From contig NC_003551.1 of NCBI RefSeq assembly GCF_000007185.1, positions 1,080,001 to 1,112,000 of the forward strand: a DNA stretch of 32,000 nucleotides. The letters run 5' to 3'. A model generated the notes under the pieces. That model worked only from the letters and a program-made list of their open reading frames with translations. It was not told the origin of the DNA and did not search any database. Position 1 is the stretch's first letter. Every line of letters begins with the position of its first letter. Positions 24,490 through 32,000 of this stretch are shown here, piece after piece. The DNA is from Methanopyrus kandleri AV19. Lineage in GTDB: Archaea; JAADCQ01; Methanopyri; Methanopyrales; Methanopyraceae. The position numbers and the translations under genes were made by a program.

Positions 24490-25320
24490 TTGTCGTCACT
24501 CCAACCGATTCGGGGGAGACCTTTGAGGCTTCCGGCGATCGCGGCCGGACTGCTGATACTCTTCGCCCAGCCGGCGAGCTGCCTGAAGGTGGCGGTGTTC
24601 GCCGCCGATGACGTGGAACCCACGTGCCTCAAGGCCATCGAGAAGGTACTCCGGGACGCGGGCGTACCATTCGACGAGGTCAAAGGGAAGGACATCGTCG
24701 ACGGGACAATCGTCGAGAGGTACGACGTCCTGATCCTGCCCGGTGGCGCGTACTCCGAGCGCGTCGTGCATCATCCCAGGTTCATCGAGGGGCTGAAGGA
24801 GTTCGCGAGGGCGGGCGGCAAGATCGTGGGGATCTGCGCGGGTGCGATCACGCTGGTCAAGGGTGGGCTGGTCAGGGCGAAGGTGGAGGGAGCGGGTCTC
24901 GGCGTGGGTAAGGTGACGCTGGAGCTCGAGCGCGATCCCCTCACGGAGGGGCTGCCCGACCGCCTCGAGGTCACGTACATCAACGGGCCCGTGATGCGCT
25001 CCCAAGGGGCTAAGGTGGTGGCCCGGTACGCGGGAGGTATCGTGAGTCGCGGGGACGCGATCCTCGTGGACCGCTACGGTAAGGGCGAGGTGATCGCGAT
25101 CGGACCGCACCCGTGTCACGACGAGAGGGGGAACGTGAACACCCAGGGCGCCAAGCTGCTGCTCAACGCCCTGGGCGTGAAGAAGCGGGTCAAATCCGGG
25201 AAGGTCGAGGGTGAGGGTTGGTTCCCGACACCGGTTCCGGTAGCGGCGGTGATCCTGGGACTGGTGGCGGCGCTCGGGGTCCGCGGGCTGATTTCCCGAC
25301 GTGGTACCGGGGTGAAGTAA
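24490..25320 (+). CDS. secreted, C-terminally anchored class-I glutamine-amidotransferase-like (DJ-1/PfpI/BPL_N-like) fold protein (alternative start TTG 24523)
   Basis: Signal-like RLPAIAAGLLILFAQPASC. KVAVFAADD...YDVLILPGGAY...GGKIVGICAGAITL (nucleophile-elbow Cys) ...IAIGPHPCH (His). C-terminal FPTPVPVAAVILGLVAALGVRGLISRR. The antisense 331-aa ORF is R/P-rich. Confidence 0.8.
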   Translation: MSSLQPIRGRPLRLPAIAAGLLILFAQPASCLKVAVFAADDVEPTCLKAIEKVLRDAGVPFDEVKGKDIVDGTIVERYDVLILPGGAYSERVVHHPRFIEGLKEFARAGGKIVGICAGAITLVKGGLVRAKVEGAGLGVGKVTLELERDPLTEGLPDRLEVTYINGPVMRSQGAKVVARYAGGIVSRGDAILVDRYGKGEVIAIGPHPCHDERGNVNTQGAKLLLNALGVKKRVKSGKVEGEGWFPTPVPVAAVILGLVAALGVRGLISRRGTGVK

Positions 25321-25914
25321 AAGCACCAGAACCGTGAGCTTCCGGTCCGGGGCCCGGGTCGTCCCGGCGGGTCGGGAGAGCGGGGCGGACCCCCGCCCGA
25401 TGACGGCCCGTCGTTTCCGCCCGGGCACACCCGTTCTCCTCCCCGTGATCCGGTTCTTCGGGCGCGTGATCGTCACTCCGTTCTGTTTCACGGTAGGGAG
25501 GGAACCCGTCCCGTGTCGTGTAGTGGTGTCCTACGGTCGCGGGGCCGGTCCGGTGGATTTCCGTGAGCTTAAGGTTGAGTCCGTTAACTTCCCGATGTGT
25601 CCGGTGTCACTCCCGTTGGCGGTGGGCTTCGGTGTGCGAGTTCTCGGGGAGCGATCGGTGTACCGCCGATCGGGGCGCCATTCCTAAGTCTCAGTAAGGT
25701 TCCCTACGGGCTCCGGCACCGTCGGTGGCTCCAGTGGGGTTATGTGGGTTCGAAAGTCATCCCATTAGCCGCTGTTTTGAATTTGTTTTGAAACCTTTAC
25801 TTTCAGTTGTATGCAGTCGTGAAATTTCAGCTAATGATACTTTCCTAAGCCCGTGCTGAACCCCCGGGCGATTAGCTTATTTATCGAAACGATGAACGGT
25901 CAGGCGGGGTAGAC

Positions 25915-26366
25915 GTGAGCACGGAGATCCAGGAGGTCTGCTGCAGACTGGAAGGGTACCGTCGGAAGCTGGAGCGAGTCATACGACTCCTCGAGGGGGA
26001 TCCGGACGGTAAGATCGCCGCGACGCGATCGCCCTGCTCGTGGCGGTCGTGGAGGAGCTCAAAAGGGCGCGTGCGTTGGTCGAGAGGAATCTCGAGAGCT
26101 GTGAGGACCCGAGTTCCCTCGAAACCGCTTACACCGTGGTCGCCGGCATGCAGGTGTGCGCGGTGGTCCGTCAGGTGTTCCACCTGGTGAGGACCCTGGA
26201 GCGACTCGTGGGTAGGGAGCGTGTCTGGGAGCTCGTTGGAGGACGGACGATCCGGGACCTCGAGGAGCTCGAGCACCTCCTACCGCCGCTGTACCGGCCC
26301 GAGGTGGACGTCCTGCATCTCTCGCAGGGTGAAGGGGGTCGCCGTAGCGTCGAACCGGTCCTGTGA
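25915..26366 (+). CDS. small helical hypothetical protein, apparently split by a frameshift near 26013-26024
   Basis: GTG 25915 lies about 34 nt after TATA-like CTTATTTATC (25877-25886). It opens VSTEIQEVCCRLEGYRRKLERVIRLLEGDPDGKIA, then decays to W/R/S junk. The frame of ORF 26040-26366 is open from 26013 and reads RRDAIALLVAVVEELKRARALVERNLESCEDPSSLETAYTVVAGMQVCAVVRQVFHLVRTLERL... Confidence 0.45.
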
Positions 26367-26717
26367 GGCCGTGGACGGAATCGAGTCCGGATCGAGAGGG
26401 CGCCACGTCGCCGGGGAGCTAGATCCTTCGTAGAGTGCTATCTGCCAGGTAGTTCCACCCTTCACGCTTTTCGGCACGGGAAACGATGTATCGAGAGCGC
26501 GGACGTTATCGGAACGTCCTCGGGGGAACGCGCTTGCGCCCGGCGCCCCCTCCCGGTCCCGCTCCTTCTGGTGCCACCCCAACCACGGTCGTTTTCGGGT
26601 TAAACAGAAACGAGTAGACGACAAAAAGGGCAGGTTATGTTTTGTATCTCAACGGAAGATGGTCGTAACGCGGTTTACGGACGGTAAATCACGGTCACTG
26701 GGCTTTTGGCCCCGAGT

Positions 26718-26843
26718 ATTGCCAGAAATTATTGCCAGGAATTTTTAAGTATGATGAACTCGCTGTCCCATTGATGGAACGCGATGCGAGGGTCGGGTGG
26801 GAGCCCGTGATCCGGAACCGCCAATTGTTATGGTGTTCGTAAC
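26718..26843 (+). promoter_or_regulatory. conserved two-block element, copy B (with tandem ATTGCCAGRAATT x2)
   Basis: attgccagaaatt (26718-26730) plus attgccaggaatt (26731-26743). Block 1 is tgccaggaatttttaagtatgatgaactcgct (26733-26764). Block 2 contains the 9-bp inverted repeat caattgtta/taacaattg (26822-26830 / 26839-26847), which includes aattgttat...tcgtaac. Confidence 0.45.
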
Positions 26844-27158
26844 AATTAGGGTTCCCGGAAGAACCAACGGACGGGACATCTGACGTACGGGCGACGCTGG
26901 ACGCGGTGCGATCAGACGTGCTCGCGTAGTTATCCAGAGGTGGTGGAATGGGTACCGGCGGTGGCGATGCTCATCCAAGAGGTGCCGGACGTAGTGATCG
27001 TTTCACCCGACGACTCGAGGCTGGAGAACCTCCGCTCCGGTGATCTTGTTCGGATCTCAGCTGAGTCCTACGCCGGCGCGTCGGGGGAAGAACCGACACG
27101 GTACTGGGAAGATCCGGTACGGCAGTATTCTACCGTCGAAACTGTCCGTCTCGAGGTT

Positions 27159-27434
27159 TTATTCCCTGGAGACCACGATCTCGCAGCCCCGCTCTCCCAG
27201 CCTCTGGTACTCCGTGACCACACCGCCGAAGACGTCCTCCAGGAGGCCGATCACCACGCACACGACGTCCTTCACGTCACCCTCGAGCAGCTCCCGGACG
27301 GCGCAGAACGGGCACGCCCGGATGCGCACGATCACCCGGTCGTTCTCCTCCTCGATCTCCACGTCCTCCCCGAACATCAGGCGCAGCTGTTCCTCGAGAG
27401 TCTCGTAACCCAGGGTTCGGAGCTCCCGCGCCAA
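27159..27434 (-). CDS. V4R-domain small-molecule-binding protein (91 aa)
   Basis: MARELRTLGYETLEEQLRLMFGEDV...RIRACPFCAVRELLEGDVKDVVCVVIGLLEDVFGGVVTEYQRLGERGCEIVV. This shows the Cys pattern and G-x-x-x-G typical of V4R ('4-vinyl reductase') domains. It lies 97 nt downstream of 27532-28419 on the same strand. Confidence 0.8.
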   Translation of the reverse strand: MARELRTLGYETLEEQLRLMFGEDVEIEEENDRVIVRIRACPFCAVRELLEGDVKDVVCVVIGLLEDVFGGVVTEYQRLGERGCEIVVSRE

Positions 27435-27531
27435 CGTCCTAGAAAAGCATCGGATGAAGGCGTTACGACCCGGTCCGAGGACGATCCAGGAGGCCTCTTC
27501 CAGGGCGGCGATGCTCGTCGATCACCGGCGG

Positions 27532-28419
27532 TCACTCGACGAGGTCCCGGAGCCTGTCCTCGAGCACCTCTCGGATTATGCTCGGGTGTTCCGGTATCTT
27601 GACGTCCTCCTCGGTCTGTCCCGGGGTGAGGTTGGAGAGGAGCTCGAAGGCCCGCGCCGCCTCGGTGAGGTCCTCCCGCTCCGGTCCGTCGAAACCGTCC
27701 AGGAGCCTCTCCAACTCCCTCCTCACCGTGGGCCCCAGGGCGGGGGCCACCGGGTACCGCGCCAGGTCGAGCACGACCGAGAGCGCGCGTAGGACGTCCG
27801 TGACGTCCACGAGCTTGAGACCCCCGCCCCCCGATCCCCTCACCTTCCCACGGTCCACGGTTAGACCGTGACCCAGCCTCGCGACCGCCACCACGCGCTC
27901 GAACGCGTCCTCGCCCGAGACGCTCTCCACCGCCCTCAGGGCCGCCAACGTCGGGACCGTGGTCAGGTCGACCGAGGGAACGGCCCGATGCGGGTGCAGC
28001 GCCCATCCCAGGTCCAGGAACAGGGGTGCCCTCTCCGACGCGAGCTCGAAGACGCGGTCCGAGAGCGTCAGCACGCCCGGGAGGCCCAGGATCACGGGTT
28101 CGACACGGTCCACTACCTCGCGAACTTCCTCCACCCGACCGTCGTCCTCCGCGATCACCTCCACCGACGCGGTCACCTCGTACCCGACCTCCTCGGAGGC
28201 CTCCAGTAGCCTGAGCACGGTCGAGATCGGAGGGGTGTAGAGCGGGAGGTGAGCGTGGACGCGGCCCGGCTCCACGAGCTCCTCCTCCGCGAGCTTCACC
28301 AGCAGGCCCAGGGGATGCCTGACGTTCCTCACGACCGACCCCTCGAGTCCCAACCTCTTCAGCAGGCTCAGATCCACCTTCAACCTTCTCCTGAGCGCCA
28401 GCTCGTGGGCGTCGGACAC
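27532..28419 (-). CDS. uncharacterised protein, paralogue of 14998-15999 (295 aa)
   Basis: Same conserved blocks as listed for 14998-15999. Balanced acidic composition. Overlapping ORFs (27377-28006, 27868-28209, 27959-28240) are R/G/P/S-rich. Confidence 0.8.
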   Translation of the reverse strand: MSDAHELALRRRLKVDLSLLKRLGLEGSVVRNVRHPLGLLVKLAEEELVEPGRVHAHLPLYTPPISTVLRLLEASEEVGYEVTASVEVIAEDDGRVEEVREVVDRVEPVILGLPGVLTLSDRVFELASERAPLFLDLGWALHPHRAVPSVDLTTVPTLAALRAVESVSGEDAFERVVAVARLGHGLTVDRGKVRGSGGGGLKLVDVTDVLRALSVVLDLARYPVAPALGPTVRRELERLLDGFDGPEREDLTEAARAFELLSNLTPGQTEEDVKIPEHPSIIREVLEDRLRDLVE

Positions 28420-28901
28420 CAGGCGGAGAAAGGCGTTGAGCTCCAGCCCGGTTACCCCCTTGGCATCACATCACGGACGTCCGGTGGGGGCGAGAAGGGC
28501 TCGTAGTCTCCCAGTCTCCCCTGGGGGTGGGCAACCTCCAAGTCGCACACATGACGGCTCATCACCGCGCGGTCACATCGCGCAGCCCTCGCACACGTCC
28601 ATGATTAACTCTTTTCACGGTTCACGACGCGTTCCGACTACGGTGGTGCATCGCACCCGCGCTCGGACGAGATCCCGAACCGTCCTACCGAACGACCGGT
28701 GCCCCACTCCCGGCTCGAGCCGTCGGATGGCTCGACATCACGCATCGCACCCCGACACCAATCGACGCACGCTCGAGCGATCACGAGAGGGAGTCGGTGG
28801 CCGGCCGATCGTACTGGTAGGTTCGCCTGGAAGCACGCCCTCGCCGAAGCGTCGGTACGGGGCCCTTAAATCCACTGTAACGCGTCGTCGAGCTGACTGA
28901 G

Positions 28902-28913
28902 GATGACGTCATC
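28902..28913. promoter_or_regulatory. perfect 12-bp palindrome GATGACGTCATC upstream of the MNT gene (candidate operator)
   Basis: The palindrome lies about 30 nt after TATA-like CCCTTAAATCC (28863-28873) and about 40 nt before the strong Shine-Dalgarno-like AAGGAGGT (28949-28956). Confidence 0.3.
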
Positions 28914-28965
28914 TCGGGGAGTCACGGACCGTGTTCCTCGGGGATTAGAAGGAGGTAATCCTTAA

Positions 28966-29511
28966 GATAGCCCGTGCGGCGCGCGAGGTCCTGATGAGGA
29001 TGCCAGGATCTACGTCTTCGGGAGCGCAGTTAAGGACGAGATGACGGCGGTTTCCGACCCGGACGTAGCGGTGGTCGTGGAGGACGAGGTCGATCCCGGG
29101 AAGATGGCCTCCGATATCCTGGAACGGGCGGGTGTGGACCCGTTCATCCCAGTGCACCTCCACGTGGTGACCCGGAACGAGTTCGAGCGTAACCGGCCCG
29201 ACGTGTACGTCGAGGTGAGACCGGACGGTACCCTCCGCAAGCACGGTAGGCCCGAAGTACCGGGTCGCTCGGCGTCAGCGGTTCGAATCCTGTGGGAGTC
29301 GGGGCTCGCGCTGCTCGAGGTCACTGACGAGCTCCCGCCGCTGGCCGGCCTCGTTACCGCCCACGAGGGACTGAAGCTGTGCCTCGAGGCGACGACCCTC
29401 GCGCTCACCGGGTCGCCATCTCGGGACCCGGAAAACCTACCGCGGGACGTCGCCCGGGACGTCGAGGAGGTTTTGGAGGTCCTGGAACGGCGCCTGAGAG
29501 CGGCCCGATAG
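28966..29511 (+). CDS. minimal nucleotidyltransferase (MNT)-type protein with helical C-terminal extension; 5' end frame-disrupted
   Basis: The frame of track ORF 29041-29511 is open from 28966 and encodes the NTase signature upstream of the first start: DEDARIYVFGSAVKDEMTAVSDPDVAVVVEDE (G-S ... D-x-D). The expected N-terminal helix KEVILKIARAAREVL follows AAGGAGGT but is in another frame (28949-28993). Confidence 0.7.
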   Translation, partial: DSPCGARGPDEDARIYVFGSAVKDEMTAVSDPDVAVVVEDEVDPGKMASDILERAGVDPFIPVHLHVVTRNEFERNRPDVYVEVRPDGTLRKHGRPEVPGRSASAVRILWESGLALLEVTDELPPLAGLVTAHEGLKLCLEATTLALTGSPSRDPENLPRDVARDVEEVLEVLERRLRAAR

Positions 29512-29529
29512 GGTGAGGAGCCGGATCCT

Positions 29530-30027
29530 GTGGAGGTCCCGGAGCACCTCGACAGGTGCAGGTCGATCGTGGGGCGGCTCCGGGACGCGCTCCCCGTCGG
29601 GCTACCGGTTCCGGGAGGTATGGACGTGGACACGGAAGAGCTCGTTCGGATGGCCGAGTGGAAGCTCTCGGAGGCCGAGCGCGCGCTGGAGGAGGGCCCG
29701 GAGTCGCCCGCGGTCGCCGAGGCGCATCAGGCCGTCGAGCTCCTCGTCAAGGCCGCGCTTCGGGAGCTGGACGTCGAGCCACCGAGGACTCACGATATCC
29801 GACGGCTCCTCGGCGTGCTCACGACGGAGCTGCTGGACCTGGGCGAAGGGGACCTGGCGGTCGAGGTCCGACGGATCGCCAGGGAGCACCGCGACACGCT
29901 GGCGTCGCTCCTGGAGGGGTACTTCTCCCTGTTCGAGCCGCCCTTCGAGGGAGACGCCGAGGAGGTCGTGCGGGCGGCCGGGAAGGTCTTCGAGGACCTC
30001 CGCCGGATCCTGGAGAAGGTACGCTAG
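29530..30027 (+). CDS. HEPN-domain protein, partner of the MNT (alternative start ATG 29620)
   Basis: ELVRMAEWKLSEAERALEEGPESPAVAEAHQAVELLVKAALRELDVEPPRTHDIRRLL shows the typical HEPN helices with the conserved (R)THD..L motif. It starts 19 nt after the MNT stop. The overlapping ORFs 29513-30085 and 29556-30218 are R/G-rich. Confidence 0.8.
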   Translation: MEVPEHLDRCRSIVGRLRDALPVGLPVPGGMDVDTEELVRMAEWKLSEAERALEEGPESPAVAEAHQAVELLVKAALRELDVEPPRTHDIRRLLGVLTTELLDLGEGDLAVEVRRIAREHRDTLASLLEGYFSLFEPPFEGDAEEVVRAAGKVFEDLRRILEKVR

Positions 30028-30239
30028 ATACCGGGGGACTGACGTCACCCTCGGCACCGCGGACGGGTCGTCACCCTCCCCATAGGCCTTCATTCGAGCT
30101 CAGGTATTTCCAGGCCTTCCGCGCCCGAGCCCGGATTCCTGATTCGTGGGAGTTCGCGGGAGTCGGATCGGAGAGCTTCCCGCGTCCGGCGGGTGCGACC
30201 GACGGTGCGCGTTCGTAGTCCCTTGCCTAACGGAAGTTC

Positions 30240-31139
30240 TTACCCCTCCATCATCGCCCGGACCGGCGCGTTGATCCACTGCAAGGCTAGTGCCAGCGCG
30301 CCCAGTGCGTGCAGTCGGATCGGGTAGGCGAAGTACAGGATCATTCGCCCGGAGCCCGTCCGGACGATCATCGTCCCGCCCGGGCCCATGAGGATCCTCC
30401 CGCCGCGGGCGTGCCACGCGGGGAAATACTTCACCTTGACCAGGACCCACCGGTGACCGCTCGTGTCCACTTCGACCCGATCCCGGTGCATTCGGGTCGG
30501 TACGGGATGAAGCTCCGATCCGAACCCGTTCAGTATCTGGGAGTACAGACGCCGTTCATGCAGGCTCGACCGTCGGCAGGTGATCCCACCGGCGTTCGGC
30601 CCGGAGGAGGTGGAGGGAGTGCCGCCGAGAAGCGTAGAGCGACGACGCGAGCAGGGCCGGGGCGAGGATCCGACGGTCCCTATCGGCGATCGACAGAGAC
30701 CGAGCCCGAACGATAGCGTCATCGGGTAGATGCCGCCCATGATCCACTCGAACTACATCCCGGAGGCCGCGAGCGCCCCCGTCCCAGGCTGAGGGTCTCG
30801 CCCTAGGCCTAGACTCCTCGCGAGCGCGTACGCGCCGAGGGTGAACGAGAGTGCCGCCAGGAGGAGCCCCCGCGAAGGCGCTCGGGCCGCTCAGGACCCC
30901 CGCCAGCGGGGCCCGTGAGGTGGTGGGGGAGGAGGCAGTAGAAGGTCGTGTACGGGAACCCCAGGTACCAGTACGGGCACAGGTCGATCGGGTCGCGTCC
31001 GGTGAGCGCCCTCAGCGCGTACTCCGAGGCGAGCGCGTGCGGGAGGCGCGTCCCGCGGCACTCAGGGGTTGATCAGGATCGGGGAGACGATCACGACCGC
31101 GGCGAGCGCGGGGACCGCCTACCACCCGTGCCGTCTCAC
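30240..31139 (-). pseudogene. decayed remnant of a large polytopic membrane protein gene (frameshifts, two in-frame TAG, internal deletion)
   Basis: Minus-strand pieces, hand-translated:
- MRRHGW*AVPALAAVVIVSPILINP* (31139-31061).
- HALASEYALRALTGRDPIDLCPYWYLGFPYTTFYCLLPHHL.
- LLLAALSFTLGAYALARSLGLGRDPQPGTGALAASGM*FEWIMGGIYPMTLSFGLGL.
- C-terminal VEVDTSGHRWVLVKVKYFPAWHARGGRILMGPGGTMIVRTGSGRMILYFAYPIRLHALGALALALQW (track ORF 30240-30740).
Total length is far too short for such proteins. Confidence 0.5.
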
Positions 31140-31365
31140 GTCGGACACCCTTTCCCGCCGGCGACGATTGGGAGATCCCGGCCTCTTATCCGCGACGATC
31201 GCCCCGCGCCCCGATGGTGCGATCGAGACGTTACGAGTTACGTAACGATAAGACCCGTCGTCGGTGTCGACGTACATCTCTGTTGTGAACCGACCACTTA
31301 CGCTTTGAACTTGGAGATCAACCTGCACTGATCATGAAAGAAATGGATGAATAACTTAACGTAAA

Positions 31366-31962
31366 GATTCTTACAGTGATTACAGATTAATTGCTAGCGA
31401 GGGAAGAGACTACGGCGAGAGGACCAAATAGATGGCGATTCAGGGGGCTAAAGAAGGTCACTAGGTTTCATTACCCGTATTATTACGGGTTAATTGCGAG
31501 ATGCAGGCACAATGAGTTTGCGGACAAAGACGATAATGTATTGTTAAGAGTGTATACGTTTCATTACCCGTATTATCACGGGTTAATTGCGAGTATGTTA
31601 GCTGGTCGAGGAAATTGTGGCGGTGTTAAACTCCGGAGAAACACGTCGAACCCGTTTCATTACCCGTATTATTACGGGTTAATTGCGAGCTCGCGATGCG
31701 TGTGCGGACCGCACCGTGCCCGCGTGCTATGACGGATCTCCTCTTCGCGACGTTTCATTACCCGTATTATTACGGGTTAATTGCGAGACATGAGGTCCAG
31801 TTCCAGAAGCCTGAGCGGAAGCGCAAGGCGCTCGACCCGGAGTTTCATTACCCGTATTATTACGGGTTAATTGCGAGGGTCAAGGAAGTCTTCCCTTCAC
31901 TGAAGGAAAAACTAGAGGATGACGAGGTTTCATTACCCGTATTATTACGAGTTAATTGCGAG
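31366..31962. CRISPR. CRISPR array: 6 intact 36-nt repeats plus 1 degenerate terminal repeat; spacers 49-63 nt; may continue past the right edge
   Basis: Repeat GTTTCATTACCCGTATTATTACGGGTTAATTGCGAG occurs at 31465, 31558 (T>C variant), 31654, 31752, 31842 and 31927 (G>A variant). An internal 7-bp stem pairs ACCCGTA with TACGGGT. A degenerate 36-nt copy, gattcttacagtgattacagattaattgctagcgag, lies at 31366-31401. Spacers are 63, 57, 60, 62, 54 and 49 nt. The reverse complement ends in ...GGGTAATGAAAC, which favours minus-strand transcription. Confidence 0.95.
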
Positions 31963-32000
31963 AACCTAACTTAGCATATGATGGTGGTTATAATTCAGAT

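Noticed and set aside
24108-24611. 167-aa ORF starting over element copy A (MSETFKYHELATHLWQPRELGEADSLARGIIVIIIVTFLPGLGG...)
   Set aside because: The first about 45 codons are protein-like, and copy B has a short parallel ORF (MPGIFKYDELAVPLMERDARVGWEPVIRNRQLLWCS). However, the start overlaps a TATA-like box, the tail is R/S/P-rich, and it overlaps the next gene. A small-protein family is not excluded, but the evidence is weaker than for a non-coding element.
24496-25491. 331-aa minus-strand ORF antisense to the GATase1-like gene
   Set aside because: R/P/H/D-rich with no hydrophobic core pattern. The plus-strand frame carries recognisable fold motifs.
24115-26764. The two 32-nt block-1 copies as att-type direct repeats bounding a 2.6-kb insertion
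   Set aside because: No integrase or mobile-element gene lies between them. Block 2 is also duplicated at fixed spacing, which fits a repeated regulatory or RNA element better than attachment sites.
26745-26830. C/D-box sRNA idea (ATGATGA right after the TATA-like box in copy B)
   Set aside because: No CUGA D or D' box at appropriate spacing, copy A has ATCATGA instead of the C box, and there is no terminal stem.
26940-27602. 220-aa plus-strand ORF downstream of element copy B
   Set aside because: Only the first about 70 codons look protein-like (MLIQEVPDVVIVSPDDSRLENLRSGDLVRISAES..., vaguely like a small barrel domain). The rest is the antisense of the V4R gene and of the 27532 gene. At most this is a dead N-terminal fragment, and I cannot support a gene call.
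27377-28006. 209-aa minus ORF overlapping the V4R and paralogue genes
   Set aside because: G/R/P-rich and spans an intergenic gap between two well-supported genes in other frames.
29270-29300. tRNA-like GCGGTTCGAATCC (also GGGTTCGAAAG at 25746-25756)
   Set aside because: The flanks cannot form a T-arm or acceptor stem. The first lies inside the MNT reading frame. No cloverleaf can be drawn.
29513-30218. ORFs 29513-30085 and 29556-30218 (190 and 220 aa)
   Set aside because: Arg/Gly/Ser/Pro-dominated alternative frames of the HEPN gene, with no domain signal.
30700-31125. In-frame TAG codons of the membrane-protein remnant as pyrrolysine or readthrough sites
   Set aside because: The same locus also has multiple frameshifts and a large internal deletion, so plain pseudogenisation is the simpler reading. 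No Pyl machinery is evident or expected in this lineage.
31391-31974. ORFs 31391-31732 and 31696-31974, which encode repeated FHYPYYYGLIA peptides
   Set aside because: They are translations of the CRISPR repeats. The periodic peptide repeat coincides exactly with the 36-nt DNA repeats.

Overview
GC-rich archaeal window, most consistent with a Methanopyrus-like hyperthermophilic methanogen. Supporting signs are an Hmd-family paralogue, an MCM homologue with degenerate ATPase motifs, very acidic proteins, and AT-rich promoter islands of the form TTTAA(A)AGTAT. I found no tRNA or rRNA.

Contents, left to right:
(1) two divergent hypothetical genes (370-2513);
(2) a minus-strand cluster of five secreted or surface ORFs (2635-10149). 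It includes two paralogous NodB-like domain proteins and a protein with a 2 x 606 bp tandem duplication of beta-sandwich modules;
(3) a multiply frame-disrupted secreted/membrane gene (10497-12153);
(4) an MCM homologue with Walker A, Walker B and Arg-finger all substituted (12364-13926), followed by about 1 kb with no convincing ORF;
(5) two paralogous uncharacterised genes (14998-15999 and 27532-28419), followed by an Hmd paralogue and a V4R protein respectively;
(6) a 2TM protein, a polytopic membrane protein and a frameshifted GH114-like hydrolase;
(7) a HEPN protein next to a strongly divergent FtsZ/tubulin-like protein in a lower-GC islet;
(8) an MFS transporter and a secreted, membrane-anchored GATase1-like protein;
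(9) an MNT-HEPN pair, a decayed membrane-protein remnant, and a CRISPR array with 36-nt repeats and unusually long spacers (49-63 nt) that runs to the right edge. No cas genes lie in the roughly 31 kb to its left.

Three themes recur:
- Many apparent single-base frame disruptions (at least 8 loci). These are either assembly indels or real gene decay.
- A shared Pro-rich hydrophobic plus Arg-cluster C-terminal tail on five secreted proteins.
- A conserved two-block non-coding element present twice.

Family assignments come from motif recognition by eye. No searches were run.
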